64,000 nucleotides of DNA from a bacterium (GTDB lineage: Bacteria; Bacteroidota; Ignavibacteria; Kapaibacteriales; UBA7675). Positions 11,849 to 21,622 of the stretch are shown one piece after another. A program made the position numbers and the translations under genes. The number at the start of each line of letters is the position of its first letter. The first letter of the stretch is position 1. Below the pieces are notes generated by a model. It had not been told where the DNA came from and did not search any database. It was given only the letters and a program-made list of their open reading frames with translations. The stretch is taken from positions 51,776 to 115,775 of the forward strand of contig JAUIKM010000007.1 in the NCBI GenBank assembly GCA_030430495.1, given 5' to 3'.

Positions 11849-12631
11849 ATGAAGAACGCTTTTAACGCGATCGTCATTATCCTTGCGCTGGTATTGTCGT
11901 ATTTGTTTTTTGAGTTTGTGATGGGCAATCCTGGCAACTTTGAAGACCCGGATGTCAGGCACCTTCCGATTCAGGGCAATATCATGGGCATGATTTACAC
12001 GGGCGGTCCGCTCGTATCGCTCCTGATCGCCTTCATCCTCATTGCGACGACATTTATCATCGAGCGTGCTTTTTCGATCAGCAAAGCGCGCGGTAAAGGC
12101 AAACTGGAAACCTTCATCAAAAATATCTCGCAGCAGCTGAGCAAGGGCGACATCGACGGTGCGCTCAAGTCTTGCCACACCCAGCGCGGCAGCATGGCGA
12201 ACATCATTCGCGCCGGCCTTGAGACCTACGAAAAGGTCAAAGGCGACGACGAACTCAATCGCGAGAAAAAAATGACGGAAGTCAAACGCGCGATTGACGA
12301 AGCCACGAACCTGGAAACGCCGCTGCTTGAGAAAAACATGGTTATTCTCTCGACGGTTGCTTCGATCGCCACGATGATCGGTCTGCTCGGCACGACGATC
12401 GGTATGATCCGCGCCTTTGCCGCTGTGGCAAAAGGCGGTACGGTATCGGCTACGCAGCTTTCGCTCGGTATCTCCGAAGCTCTCTACAACACGGCCGGCG
12501 GTCTGATTGGCGCTGTGCTCTCTATCGTTGCGTACAACTACTTCACGACCAAAGTCGACAACTTCATCTACATGATCGACGAGGCGATTCTGAGCGTGAC
12601 CGAAATCCTCTCTGTCAAAATCAAAGACTAA
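11849..12631 (+). CDS. exbB: MotA/TolQ/ExbB proton channel protein
   Basis: ATMIGLLGTTIGMIRAF, GISEALYNTA.GL. Confidence 0.88.
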   Translation: MKNAFNAIVIILALVLSYLFFEFVMGNPGNFEDPDVRHLPIQGNIMGMIYTGGPLVSLLIAFILIATTFIIERAFSISKARGKGKLETFIKNISQQLSKGDIDGALKSCHTQRGSMANIIRAGLETYEKVKGDDELNREKKMTEVKRAIDEATNLETPLLEKNMVILSTVASIATMIGLLGTTIGMIRAFAAVAKGGTVSATQLSLGISEALYNTAGGLIGAVLSIVAYNYFTTKVDNFIYMIDEAILSVTEILSVKIKD

Positions 12632-12645
12632 CTGAAGCTGGTCGG

Positions 12646-12671
12646 GACGAAGAGTCCTTTGACTCTTCGTC
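12646..12671 (+). other. intergenic hairpin between exbB and exbD
   Basis: Perfect stem GACGAAGAGTC-cttt-GACTCTTCGTC. Confidence 0.55.
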
Positions 12672-12701
12672 TTTCCGGCTCTTTCCTTTGGAGGATTCAG
12701 C

Positions 12702-13217
12702 ATGCCTAAAATCAAGAAAAAACGCGTCGGTTTTGTGCTCGACATGACGCCGCTTGTTGATATCGCATTCCTGCTCCTGACCTTTTTCATGTTTACCGCC
12801 AAGTTTAAATCGGAAGCTGAGGCCGAACAGAAGTTCACCATTCAGCGCCCGGTGGCGTCGGCGGACACGTCAAAGATTCCCGAAGCGGATGTTGCGATGA
12901 TCAAGATCGGCATCGATACGGTCTACAACGACACTGCGTACTACTACTCGCTCTCGAATGAGATGACGCGGGAAAATGTCTACCGCAGCGTTGACGGCCT
13001 TACGCCCGAACAGCAGGAAAAGGCGCTGATCAAAGTGGCAAATATTGAAATGCTTGAGCAGCTGGTCGCCAAAACGCGGACGGAAAATCTCAAGACGCAA
13101 TTTGCCATAGACGCGGACAAGTCGATCCGTTACAAGTACATCGAAGATCTCATGAATGTGATGCAGAAGTACAACGCGACGGAATTCAACTTTGTGACCG
13201 ACAAGCGCGGCGGCTGA
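12702..13217 (+). CDS. exbD: ExbD/TolR family protein
   Basis: LDMTPLVDIAFLLLTFFM. Confidence 0.88.
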   Translation: MPKIKKKRVGFVLDMTPLVDIAFLLLTFFMFTAKFKSEAEAEQKFTIQRPVASADTSKIPEADVAMIKIGIDTVYNDTAYYYSLSNEMTRENVYRSVDGLTPEQQEKALIKVANIEMLEQLVAKTRTENLKTQFAIDADKSIRYKYIEDLMNVMQKYNATEFNFVTDKRGG

Positions 13218-13330
13218 TATACGCCGGCTGCAACCGCCACGGGTAACGGAACTCATGGCGGTAACTCAATTGCTTGGATTTTAGTCTTCTTTTCAGTCCG
13301 TTATACTTCATTTCTCCGGGAGAAAACGCC

Positions 13331-13885
13331 ATGGCAGGCGGTGGACAACTAGGTGGTGATGGTGGCAAGCAGCAGAAACGCGGCTCTCTGGCAACCGTGC
13401 GCAAAAAGAAAAAGCGCGTCGGTTTTGTGCTGGACATGACGCCGCTTGTAGATATTGCATTTCTGCTGCTGACCTTCTTCATGTTTACAACGACCATGGC
13501 GCAGCCGCAGGTGATGGAGATGTCCATTCCGCCCGAGCGTCAGGAGCAGGTAGACGTGAAGGAATCGGAGCTCATGACGCTGATTGTGCGCGGCGACGGC
13601 AAGCTTTTTTACAAGCTTGGCTCCGAAACAGCCAGAGGTGTCGCAATGGAAGATTTGCGCACCCTGGCCATCAATAAAAACCTTGAAAAGCGCAATGCCC
13701 TCATTACGGCGCTAAAAGTCTCGGAGGATGTCGAATACGGAGTAGTGATTACCGTCCTCGACGAACTGAACCTCGCCGAAGTCGAGATCACGAACCAAAT
13801 CGTGGCCGACGGCGACAAACGCGAACGCAAGTTCGCCCTCGTGCCGATGACTGAAGAAGACAAAATCGAAATTGAGGGATTATGA
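13331..13885 (+). CDS. exbD: second ExbD/TolR family protein
   Basis: Identical LDMTPLVDIAFLLLTFFM TM motif. Confidence 0.88.
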   Translation: MAGGGQLGGDGGKQQKRGSLATVRKKKKRVGFVLDMTPLVDIAFLLLTFFMFTTTMAQPQVMEMSIPPERQEQVDVKESELMTLIVRGDGKLFYKLGSETARGVAMEDLRTLAINKNLEKRNALITALKVSEDVEYGVVITVLDELNLAEVEITNQIVADGDKRERKFALVPMTEEDKIEIEGL

Positions 13886-14739
13886 CAGCCGCTATTATCA
13901 AGCGCACTTTTGACATTGTCTATGGAGCAAAAGAAATAAGACGCACGGCTTCTGTGCGCACCGTCAACAGCTTTTTGATCGCACTCGGAATTACGGCCGC
14001 AATGGTTCTGCTGGGTGCGATGATGAATCACAACAGTCCGCAGCCGCAGGTTCCAGGTATTATTCCTGGCGGCGGAATTGAAGTGGAACGTTGGGCCGAC
14101 GAACAGGAAGATATCGGTCAGCCTGAAACGGCGATCGAACCTGAGATTGAAGTACTTTATCCGCCGCCTTCGGCAGATGAATACCTGGAAGAAGTCGGAA
14201 TCCCCGAGCCTGTTGAAGACGAATTGTTTGAAGAAATCGAGGAGATCGAAGACGAAGTTTTCAGCTCTATGGAGTTCGACGACAGACCGTTGGACAACAA
14301 TGCCAACTCTTCGCATTCGCTCTCTAATGGATCAGGCCCTCAAATGGGAGGTGGAAATCCTTCCGGCGGAGGAGAGGGACTACTCGATGGACCTTCCGGT
14401 CCCGGGACCGCTCTCGACGCCGTTGAAGAACTGATCAACAAGCCGAATCAGGTGGGGATCTATGACGATCCGCCTGTGATTAACCTCGATGAATTACAGC
14501 GTCGCGTCGAATTTCCACATTTCGCCTCATTGCGCGAATTGGAGGGAAACGTGATTGTTCGGGCGCTGATCGACATTGACGGATCTGTGAGGCGCGTGGT
14601 GGTTCTGCAAGCCGATCATGATGTGTTCGTTAAAAACGCCGTAGATGCAGTGTACGACGTGAAGGCGACTCCGGCATACCTCGACGGAAAACCCGTCGCA
14701 TGCTGGGTAAGCATTCCGATTCGTTTCCGTCTGCGTTGA
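13882..14739 (+). CDS. TonB family energy transducer
   Basis: YGA..IR N-terminus, TM helix, acidic/Pro linker, TonB_C (EGNVIVRALID..G...PA..G.PV..WVSIPIRF). Confidence 0.8.
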   Translation: MTAAIIKRTFDIVYGAKEIRRTASVRTVNSFLIALGITAAMVLLGAMMNHNSPQPQVPGIIPGGGIEVERWADEQEDIGQPETAIEPEIEVLYPPPSADEYLEEVGIPEPVEDELFEEIEEIEDEVFSSMEFDDRPLDNNANSSHSLSNGSGPQMGGGNPSGGGEGLLDGPSGPGTALDAVEELINKPNQVGIYDDPPVINLDELQRRVEFPHFASLRELEGNVIVRALIDIDGSVRRVVVLQADHDVFVKNAVDAVYDVKATPAYLDGKPVACWVSIPIRFRLR

Positions 14740-14816
14740 ACCCCGGGGAACTGAATGCCGCGGGAATTGCTTCCGAAACAAGGGAACAATAATAGATAAC
14801 CGGAGTATTCGAGTTT

Positions 14817-15605
14817 ATGGCAACTATAGCAGCCACGAACAAGAGTAACAGTGGGCGTTACGGCGCTCCTGAATTGAAACAGTATATCAAGACGTCGACC
14901 TGGCGGTCGTTTCTCGGCGCTCTGGGCCTTTTTGCTCTGATCATCGGCAGTTATGCGGTTTCACAAAGTATGGCTAACGCCGAAGATGTGAAATTCATGG
15001 CGCCGCCGGTCAAGCTGAAACTGTCGCAGTTGCCGCCGCCGCCGTCCGCCAACGATGCGGCGCCGCCAATGCCGCCGCCGCCTTCGGAAGTAGTTATTGC
15101 TTCCGGTCCGGCAGCACGCGCCGGTACGCCGGTTCCTGTGCCCGACGCCATGATTCCCGAAGACATCCAGGACTTTGCCAACGTCGACGAGATTGCTCGT
15201 GCGACGGCCGAAGGCGGAGATGAGGACTTCTCGGGCTTTGGCGACAATGATGGTTTTGGCGAGGTGCAGCTTGATATTGCTCCCGAGGTTGTGGAAGAAC
15301 CCGATGCTTTTGAATTTATCCCGGTCGAGAAAGAACCGTATATCGATCTGGGCGAACTGCAGCGCAAGGTGAAGTATCCGCCGATCGCGCAGCGCGCCGG
15401 GCTCGAAGGCAGCGTGGTGATTCGCGTGCTGATTGATGTTGACGGTAAACCCAAAAAACATCTTGTTCAGCAGAGCGACAACGAAGTTTTCAATGAAGCG
15501 GCAGTTGCAGCCGTAATGTCGTCGGTCTTTACGCCGGCCATTCAGAATCAGCAGCCGATTCAGTGTTGGGTCAGTATTCCCATCACGTTTAAACTTCGCA
15601 ATTGA
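14817..15605 (+). CDS. tonB: TonB family energy transducer
   Basis: YGA.EL, poly-Pro linker, YP.IA.RAGLEG.V TonB_C. Confidence 0.88.
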   Translation: MATIAATNKSNSGRYGAPELKQYIKTSTWRSFLGALGLFALIIGSYAVSQSMANAEDVKFMAPPVKLKLSQLPPPPSANDAAPPMPPPPSEVVIASGPAARAGTPVPVPDAMIPEDIQDFANVDEIARATAEGGDEDFSGFGDNDGFGEVQLDIAPEVVEEPDAFEFIPVEKEPYIDLGELQRKVKYPPIAQRAGLEGSVVIRVLIDVDGKPKKHLVQQSDNEVFNEAAVAAVMSSVFTPAIQNQQPIQCWVSIPITFKLRN

Positions 15606-15625
15606 TTCAAACGACAAATGAGCGG

Positions 15626-15658
15626 ATGGCAGGTGGTTATTTAATAACTGTCTGCCAT
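15626..15658 (+). terminator. hairpin/terminator after tonB
   Basis: ATGGCAGGTGGTTAT...ATAACTGTCTGCCAT inverted repeat. Confidence 0.5.
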
Positions 15659-15725
15659 TTCCGTTTAGTGCAGCGTGTTGCTGTCCGGCCGCTGCAGTAA
15701 TTCCGCGATTCCCGGCTTACCGCGA

Positions 15726-15944
15726 ATGAACAAACTCTGGCTGACGATCAATGTTACCGCACGAGCAATGGTGTCCCTTGTCGGGCTTGTCCTGTTGTTT
15801 GTGGCCGATGAGTTTTACGTCGGCAACGTTGTGCTGATCAGAACAGCCGCCGTGGTTTTCATTCTGTTCGGCATTTATCGCGTGGTGACTTTCTACGGCA
15901 ATTACCAGAGCTATCGACGCGAGAGCGAAAGGGAGGAACGATGA
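15726..15944 (+). CDS. small 2-TM membrane protein
   Basis: Two hydrophobic segments ending FILFGIYR; stop overlaps the next ATG. Confidence 0.6.
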   Translation: MNKLWLTINVTARAMVSLVGLVLLFVADEFYVGNVVLIRTAAVVFILFGIYRVVTFYGNYQSYRRESEREER

Positions 15945-16882
15945 ACACATTACGGGATTCAGGTGCGCGGGCCTTTTCCGCGCTGGTTTGCCTCTTTGTT
16001 TTGTCGGCGTGCAATTCGGGCGACGCGTCGGAGGACAAGGTCCCAACGACGGGTTCGATGGCGGGTGAGGCGACCATCATTTGCGACGCCGCCGTCTACG
16101 ACGTCATGATGCCCGCCCTGCAGATGCACGACTCTGCTTATCCTCATGCTCATATCACAGTTGAGCGTCTGGATGCGCGCATGGGCATGCAACAGCTGAT
16201 GGCCGGCAATACACCCGGCCTGATCATTGCACGCGACTACCTTCCCGATGAAGATTCGCTGCTCCAGAGTTTTGACGTCGAGCACTACACCGAGTACATC
16301 TTTGCTCAGGACGCACTGGTGTTTGTCGTGCGGGACGACTACCCGATCGACACGCTCTCGCATACTTTGCTGCGGCGCAAACTGCTCAGCGCGGATCCAG
16401 TTCTGCGTGAGAGTTTTCCGCAGCTGGAAGCCGAACCGCATTTTGTCTGCTCGAATATCAATTCTTCCGCATATGCCAATATCCTGTTGAAAATCACGGA
16501 TATGCAGGCGCCGCTGGCCCGGTTCCAGTTCGCCGGCACGGCCGATTCCGTTTTTGCGGTCGTGCGTTCGGCGGAAAATGTGATCGGCGTTGCGTTGCTG
16601 TCGCAGGCCGTCAAACAGACGGACCTGCGCATGGTTCCGGTTGGGTTTATGCGTGAGGACGGCGTTCAGATTCCGCCGCGTCTGGTGCATCAGTCGCGCA
16701 TCGTGATGGACATGTACCCGTACCCGATCAATATTCGCGGTTGGTTGTTGAAAGGAATGACACAGGACGTGGTGTGGGGGACATTTGTCTACCTGGCGCG
16801 CGATCCGGAAGTGATGCTCTACTTCCGCGATGCTGGAATAGTGCCCGAGCACGCTCACTTCAATCTGAAAGTCTCTGAATAG
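15941..16882 (+). CDS. PstS-like substrate-binding lipoprotein
   Basis: Lipobox LSAC, T.G...I.CD, A.DALVFVV, YP..I; usual position in the ExbBD-TonB cluster. Confidence 0.7.
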   Translation: MNTLRDSGARAFSALVCLFVLSACNSGDASEDKVPTTGSMAGEATIICDAAVYDVMMPALQMHDSAYPHAHITVERLDARMGMQQLMAGNTPGLIIARDYLPDEDSLLQSFDVEHYTEYIFAQDALVFVVRDDYPIDTLSHTLLRRKLLSADPVLRESFPQLEAEPHFVCSNINSSAYANILLKITDMQAPLARFQFAGTADSVFAVVRSAENVIGVALLSQAVKQTDLRMVPVGFMREDGVQIPPRLVHQSRIVMDMYPYPINIRGWLLKGMTQDVVWGTFVYLARDPEVMLYFRDAGIVPEHAHFNLKVSE

Positions 16883-16917
16883 TATTTCTGTAGCATAATC
16901 ATGAGGATGTGCGGATC

Positions 16918-18657
16918 ATGCAAAGATCTGTAATGGCAGTTCTGGCTGTCCTTTTTGCCGCTCTCAACGTCGCGCCTGCCTTGTCGCAGTCCAGCTACGA
17001 CAAAGCCCGTGAATATCTGGCCGTGCGCGACTTTCTGAGCGCGGCACCGCACCTGGTGGCGGCAGCCAAAGAATCGCCCAAAAACAAGGAAATCCTGACG
17101 CTGACCGGCGATGCCTTCGTTGAGCTTGAAAAAGCCGACTCGGCATTGATTTACTATAAACGCGCACTTGATGTCGATGATGAAGATCTGTTCGTAGTGC
17201 GCAAAACAGCCCGTACCTATGCATTGCTTTCGCAGTTCCAGGAAGCCCATGAGCTGATGGAAGATGCGTTCGATCTCAACGATGACGATGTGTATAACTA
17301 CCTGACGCGCGGTGAGATATACATCATGCAGGATTCGCTTACACGGGCGGATCACTCTATTCGCAAAGCGCAATCCATCGATGACGAAATCCCCGACACG
17401 TACGTAGCCCTGGGCGATCTCTACTACGCTCAGAAGGTCTACCAGCTGGCCAAAACCAACTACGAAGAAGCAATCGCTCGCGATACGACGCTGCTGGAGC
17501 CGCGCATCAAACTGGCGCGCGCCTACTGGGCTCTGGCCGGCAAAGCGGGCGACCGCCAGGCCAGCAACGACCTGCTGAAAAAGTCGCTGATCCAGTGGGA
17601 CATGGTGACAAAGCAGGATACCAACAATGCACCGGCATTCTGGGAAAAGGGACGCATTCTCTATCTGGCGCAGCAGTATTCGCCGGCGGCGCGTGCGCTC
17701 TTGCGCTACACCGTCCTGCGGCCTGATCGTCCGCTGGCCTACTGGTGGCTGGGACGCTCTTTCTACGAGGTTCAGGCGATCGATTCCGCCATCATCTACC
17801 TGGAACTGGCGCGCCAGAAAGTCGACACGGTTGCCGATCAGGCTTCGCTGATGCTGGCGCGGACCTATTACCTCGGCAAGCGATTTAAAGATGCCGCCGC
17901 ACAATTCGGCGCACTTAAGGGTAAAGTTGAGTTTGAGGTCAAGGACTACGAGCGCTACGGCCGCTCCGCCATCCTCTCGGGCGATACGGTGACCGCCATT
18001 ACCAACCTGCGCGAGGCGCTTGACAAGGAACCCGATTGCAAATTGCAGCTTATGTTCGGCAACGTGTTGCGATCCGGAAATCAATACGACGAAGCCATCG
18101 ACGCATTCCACAAAGTGTTCGAAGTGTGTGATACACTCGTCGATGCCGACAGGGCGCGCGTGTACTTCTACATCGGAATTTCAAACTTTTCGCGCGGCAG
18201 TCTGGACTCGGCTGCGACGGCGCTGGCGGAGGCCGTGCGCCTGGATTCCAGTAACTCCTTTGCCCTCCAGCGTCTGGCGTTTACCTACCGCGAAATGGAC
18301 AGTACCGACAAGGCCATGGAGGCCTTCCGTGCGACGATCGACGTGCTCAGGCGCGAGATTGAAGCCGCCGACAGCGAAGCGGAAAAGAGCCGACTGTTCA
18401 AGCAGGTCGACGGTTCATATGTCGGTCTGGCCGGAATTATTTTCGGGACCAAGGATTTCAACGAATTGATCCGCGTGTGCCGCGAATGGACCGCATTCAA
18501 CGATAAATCCGAATACGGTTATCTCTACCACGCTATCGCAGAACAGTCCCTGCAAAATGTAGAATCGGCTTGCACGTATTACCGCAAGGTGTTGGGAATC
18601 AATCCCAGCAACAAAACTGCGCGTCAGAATGTGGATGCGCTTGGATGCGGCAACTGA
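16918..18657 (+). CDS. secreted tetratricopeptide-repeat protein
   Basis: Signal peptide followed by many TPR-like helical repeats. Confidence 0.85.
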   Translation: MQRSVMAVLAVLFAALNVAPALSQSSYDKAREYLAVRDFLSAAPHLVAAAKESPKNKEILTLTGDAFVELEKADSALIYYKRALDVDDEDLFVVRKTARTYALLSQFQEAHELMEDAFDLNDDDVYNYLTRGEIYIMQDSLTRADHSIRKAQSIDDEIPDTYVALGDLYYAQKVYQLAKTNYEEAIARDTTLLEPRIKLARAYWALAGKAGDRQASNDLLKKSLIQWDMVTKQDTNNAPAFWEKGRILYLAQQYSPAARALLRYTVLRPDRPLAYWWLGRSFYEVQAIDSAIIYLELARQKVDTVADQASLMLARTYYLGKRFKDAAAQFGALKGKVEFEVKDYERYGRSAILSGDTVTAITNLREALDKEPDCKLQLMFGNVLRSGNQYDEAIDAFHKVFEVCDTLVDADRARVYFYIGISNFSRGSLDSAATALAEAVRLDSSNSFALQRLAFTYREMDSTDKAMEAFRATIDVLRREIEAADSEAEKSRLFKQVDGSYVGLAGIIFGTKDFNELIRVCREWTAFNDKSEYGYLYHAIAEQSLQNVESACTYYRKVLGINPSNKTARQNVDALGCGN

Positions 18658-18745
18658 CCGACGGCCGGAAATTTCACGGTTGATCCGGTTCGTTGTCAAT
18701 TAAAACGGACCGGTCTCCGTGCTTTGATTATCGAGGGTATTGCCG

Positions 18746-18753
18746 TATATTTG
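18746..18753 (+). promoter_or_regulatory. Bacteroidota-type -7 promoter element (TAnnTTTG) for the yceD-rpmF-fab operon
   Basis: TATATTTG about 12 nt before the yceD ATG. Confidence 0.45.
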
Positions 18754-18765
18754 CAGGCTGTACTT

Positions 18766-19293
18766 ATGCTGAAAGTTTCTATTAAGGGGCTTAAGGACGG
18801 CCTTCACGGGTTTGAGGCGCGTGCTGATTCGACTTCCATCGACGGAATGTTCCCCGAATTTATCGGGGAAGTTGTTGTGCGGGGAAATGTTCGAAAAGTC
18901 GGCATGCGCTTTATAGTTGAAGGGCATGCCAGTTGCGAAGCGCAACTGGAGTGCGACGTTTCCGGTGAACCTTTTCAGCAGAAGATTGAAACCGACATCA
19001 GCGTTCCCTATGTGGCGGATACAAACATGTTCCACCTGCACAGGGACGACGTCGACCCCGAACCGCCTTATTATCTGCACGAAGACGCGTCGGAAATTGA
19101 TCTGACCAACGAAGTGCGCGAAGAGTTGGCGGTTCACCTGCCGATGAAACGCGTGGCGCCGCAGTATCGGGATCAGGATCTTTCGGCTCTGTATCCCGAC
19201 GTCAGCGAAGATGCGGATAGCGGGGACGACGGAGAAGCGCCGATCGACAAGCGCTGGGAAGCGCTGAAAAACGTGAAATTTTCAGACAACTGA
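18766..19293 (+). CDS. yceD: DUF177/YceD family protein
   Basis: Position before rpmF; EIDL...REEL...LPMK and DKRWEALK motifs. Confidence 0.85.
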   Translation: MLKVSIKGLKDGLHGFEARADSTSIDGMFPEFIGEVVVRGNVRKVGMRFIVEGHASCEAQLECDVSGEPFQQKIETDISVPYVADTNMFHLHRDDVDPEPPYYLHEDASEIDLTNEVREELAVHLPMKRVAPQYRDQDLSALYPDVSEDADSGDDGEAPIDKRWEALKNVKFSDN

Positions 19294-19337
19294 CCTATAT
19301 CAATTGCCGGTTTGCCGGCAGGGGAAGAATCGCCGTT

Positions 19338-19520
19338 ATGGCACATCCTAAACGCAAAATCTCCAAAACGCGCCGCGACAAGCGCCGCACGCACTACAAA
19401 GCTGTTGCACCGTCCTTCGGCACCTGTCCGCAGTGCAACGAGCCGAAGCTCAATCACGCCGCCTGCAAATCCTGCGGCTACTACAATGGTCGTCGTGTAA
19501 TTGAACCGGTGGAAGCCTGA
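19338..19520 (+). CDS. rpmF: 50S ribosomal protein L32
   Basis: MAHPKRKISKTRRDKRRTH, CxxC...CxxC. Confidence 0.97.
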   Translation: MAHPKRKISKTRRDKRRTHYKAVAPSFGTCPQCNEPKLNHAACKSCGYYNGRRVIEPVEA

Positions 19521-19560
19521 GGGTAACCGGAATCATAGTACAACCATTGTGGGGACGCCA

Positions 19561-20619
19561 TTGAGCAATTCAAGCGAATCCAGGGTTGTAAGGGTTGCGT
19601 TGGATGCAATGGGCGGTGACTTCGCTCCAGTAAACGAAGTCGCCGGCGCCGTGGCGGCCATGCGCGACCGCGATCCATCCAGCTTCGAGATCGTGTTTGT
19701 CGGTCGTGAAAACGACATCAAGGCCGAACTTGCCAAACACGACACCAAAGGTCTGAATTATTCTATCGTCAATGCTACCGACGTCGTCGGAATGCACGAT
19801 GACCCGGCCTCCGTGTTCAGAAGCCGCAAGGAATCGTCCCTCTATAAAGGGATCGACCTGCAGGCCAAAGGCTATGTCGATGCATTTATGTCCGCCGGCA
19901 ATACCGGCGCCGTCATGAGCGTTGCTACGCTGTCCCTCGGTCGTATCAAGGGCGTCAGCCGCCCCACCATAGGCAGTTTCATTCCGACCTCGAAAAACGG
20001 CCACACATTGGTCCTCGATGTCGGAGCCAATGTCGATTCCAAACCCAGATTCCTTTACGAATTTGCCGTCATGGGCAGTATCTATACGCGCCGGATCAGA
20101 TCGATCTCGCTGCCGCGTGTCGGCCTGCTTAATATCGGTGAAGAGCGCAATAAAGGGTCTGAAACGGTGTTGAAGGCGCACGAACTGCTCGAAGAAAGCT
20201 CACTTGAGTTTATCGGCAACGTCGAGGGCGGCGACATTCTGAACGGACATGCCGACGTGGTTGTCTGCGATGGATTTACCGGCAACATCGTGCTGAAGTT
20301 CGCCGAGAGTTTTCTGACGCTGTTTAAAGCCAAGGTGCGCTCCTATGCCGAGCGCGGTCTGCTGAACAAATTGGCCGTGGCGGCGATCCGACCGATTCTG
20401 AAGCGTATTCTGACCGGTCTGGACTACGAAGAGTACGGCGGCGTGCCGCTCCTTGGCGTGAACGGCGTCGTTATTATCGGTCATGGCCGCAATTCCGCAC
20501 GCGCCATGCACAATGCACTTCTCCTGGCGGAGAGCGTCGTTAAGAACAAAATTAACGACCACATTCACAATGCGCTGAATCCGCCGAGCCTCTCCCAAGT
20601 TTCCTATGAAAAATCCTGA
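19561..20619 (+). CDS. plsX: phosphate acyltransferase PlsX
   Basis: ALDAMGGDFAP, SAGNTGA, LDVGAN, CDGFTGN; start codon uncertain. Confidence 0.95.
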   Translation: MSNSSESRVVRVALDAMGGDFAPVNEVAGAVAAMRDRDPSSFEIVFVGRENDIKAELAKHDTKGLNYSIVNATDVVGMHDDPASVFRSRKESSLYKGIDLQAKGYVDAFMSAGNTGAVMSVATLSLGRIKGVSRPTIGSFIPTSKNGHTLVLDVGANVDSKPRFLYEFAVMGSIYTRRIRSISLPRVGLLNIGEERNKGSETVLKAHELLEESSLEFIGNVEGGDILNGHADVVVCDGFTGNIVLKFAESFLTLFKAKVRSYAERGLLNKLAVAAIRPILKRILTGLDYEEYGGVPLLGVNGVVIIGHGRNSARAMHNALLLAESVVKNKINDHIHNALNPPSLSQVSYEKS

Positions 20620-21622
20620 TCGAAGAGCCATAATCTCTTCGGTGGCGCACTATGTGCCGCCAGAAGTGTATACCAATGCCTTTTTTGAAGAACGCCTCGA
20701 TACGTCGGACGAATGGATCCGCACGCGCACCGGCATCCGCGAACGTCGTTTTGCGTTTAATGCCGGTACGTCGACGCTGATGAAACCGGCCGCCGAGAAG
20801 GCGATGGAGCGCCGCGGCCTGGGCAAGGACGACATCGATATCGTCATTTGCGCCACTGTCACGCCCGACCACGTTTTTCCTTCGACGGCCTGTATTCTGC
20901 AGGACGCGCTGGGCCTGACGAACTGCTGGGGTTTTGACATTTCCGCTGCCTGCTCCGGCTTTTTGTTTGCCCTGCAGACTGCACGCAGTTTAGTTGAATC
21001 CGGCGCTGCCAATCGGATTCTTCTCTGCGGCGGTGATCGCATGAGCGCGATCATCGACATGAAAGACCGCACGACCAGCGTGCTGTTCGGTGACGGCGCC
21101 GGTGCGGTGATCGTGGAGGCGGATGAGAATCCCGGAACGGTGGGCATTGCAGACAGCGTGCTGCACATCGACGGAGCAGGTAAAAGGTTCCTGTTTCAAC
21201 CGGCCGGCGGCAGCGTAAAACCACCCAGCACAGACACGGTTGAAAATCGCGAGCACTACGTCAAACAGGACGGAAAGACGGTGTTCAAAGCCGCCGTCGT
21301 CGGCATGGCCGAAGTGACGGTCGACATTATGGAGCGCAATAATCTTTCGGCCGACGATGTCGCCTGGCTGGTGCCGCACCAGGCCAACCTGCGCATTATC
21401 GACGCCACCCGCGAGCGCATGGGACTGGATCCCAAAAAAGTCATGATCAACATCGACAGGCTGGGGAACACTACCGCCGGGACCATTCCTATCTGTCTGT
21501 CCGAATGGTATGAGCAGGGAAGACTGAACAAAGGCGACAAGCTGATTCTCTCCAGTTTCGGCGCCGGATACACCTGGGGCAGCGTGTACCTTCAATGGGA
21601 GTTACCCAAGTATGAATCCTGA
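20606..21622 (+). CDS. fabH: beta-ketoacyl-ACP synthase III
   Basis: AACSGF, LFGDGAGA, PHQAN, GNT. Confidence 0.96.
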   Translation: MKNPDRRAIISSVAHYVPPEVYTNAFFEERLDTSDEWIRTRTGIRERRFAFNAGTSTLMKPAAEKAMERRGLGKDDIDIVICATVTPDHVFPSTACILQDALGLTNCWGFDISAACSGFLFALQTARSLVESGAANRILLCGGDRMSAIIDMKDRTTSVLFGDGAGAVIVEADENPGTVGIADSVLHIDGAGKRFLFQPAGGSVKPPSTDTVENREHYVKQDGKTVFKAAVVGMAEVTVDIMERNNLSADDVAWLVPHQANLRIIDATRERMGLDPKKVMINIDRLGNTTAGTIPICLSEWYEQGRLNKGDKLILSSFGAGYTWGSVYLQWELPKYES

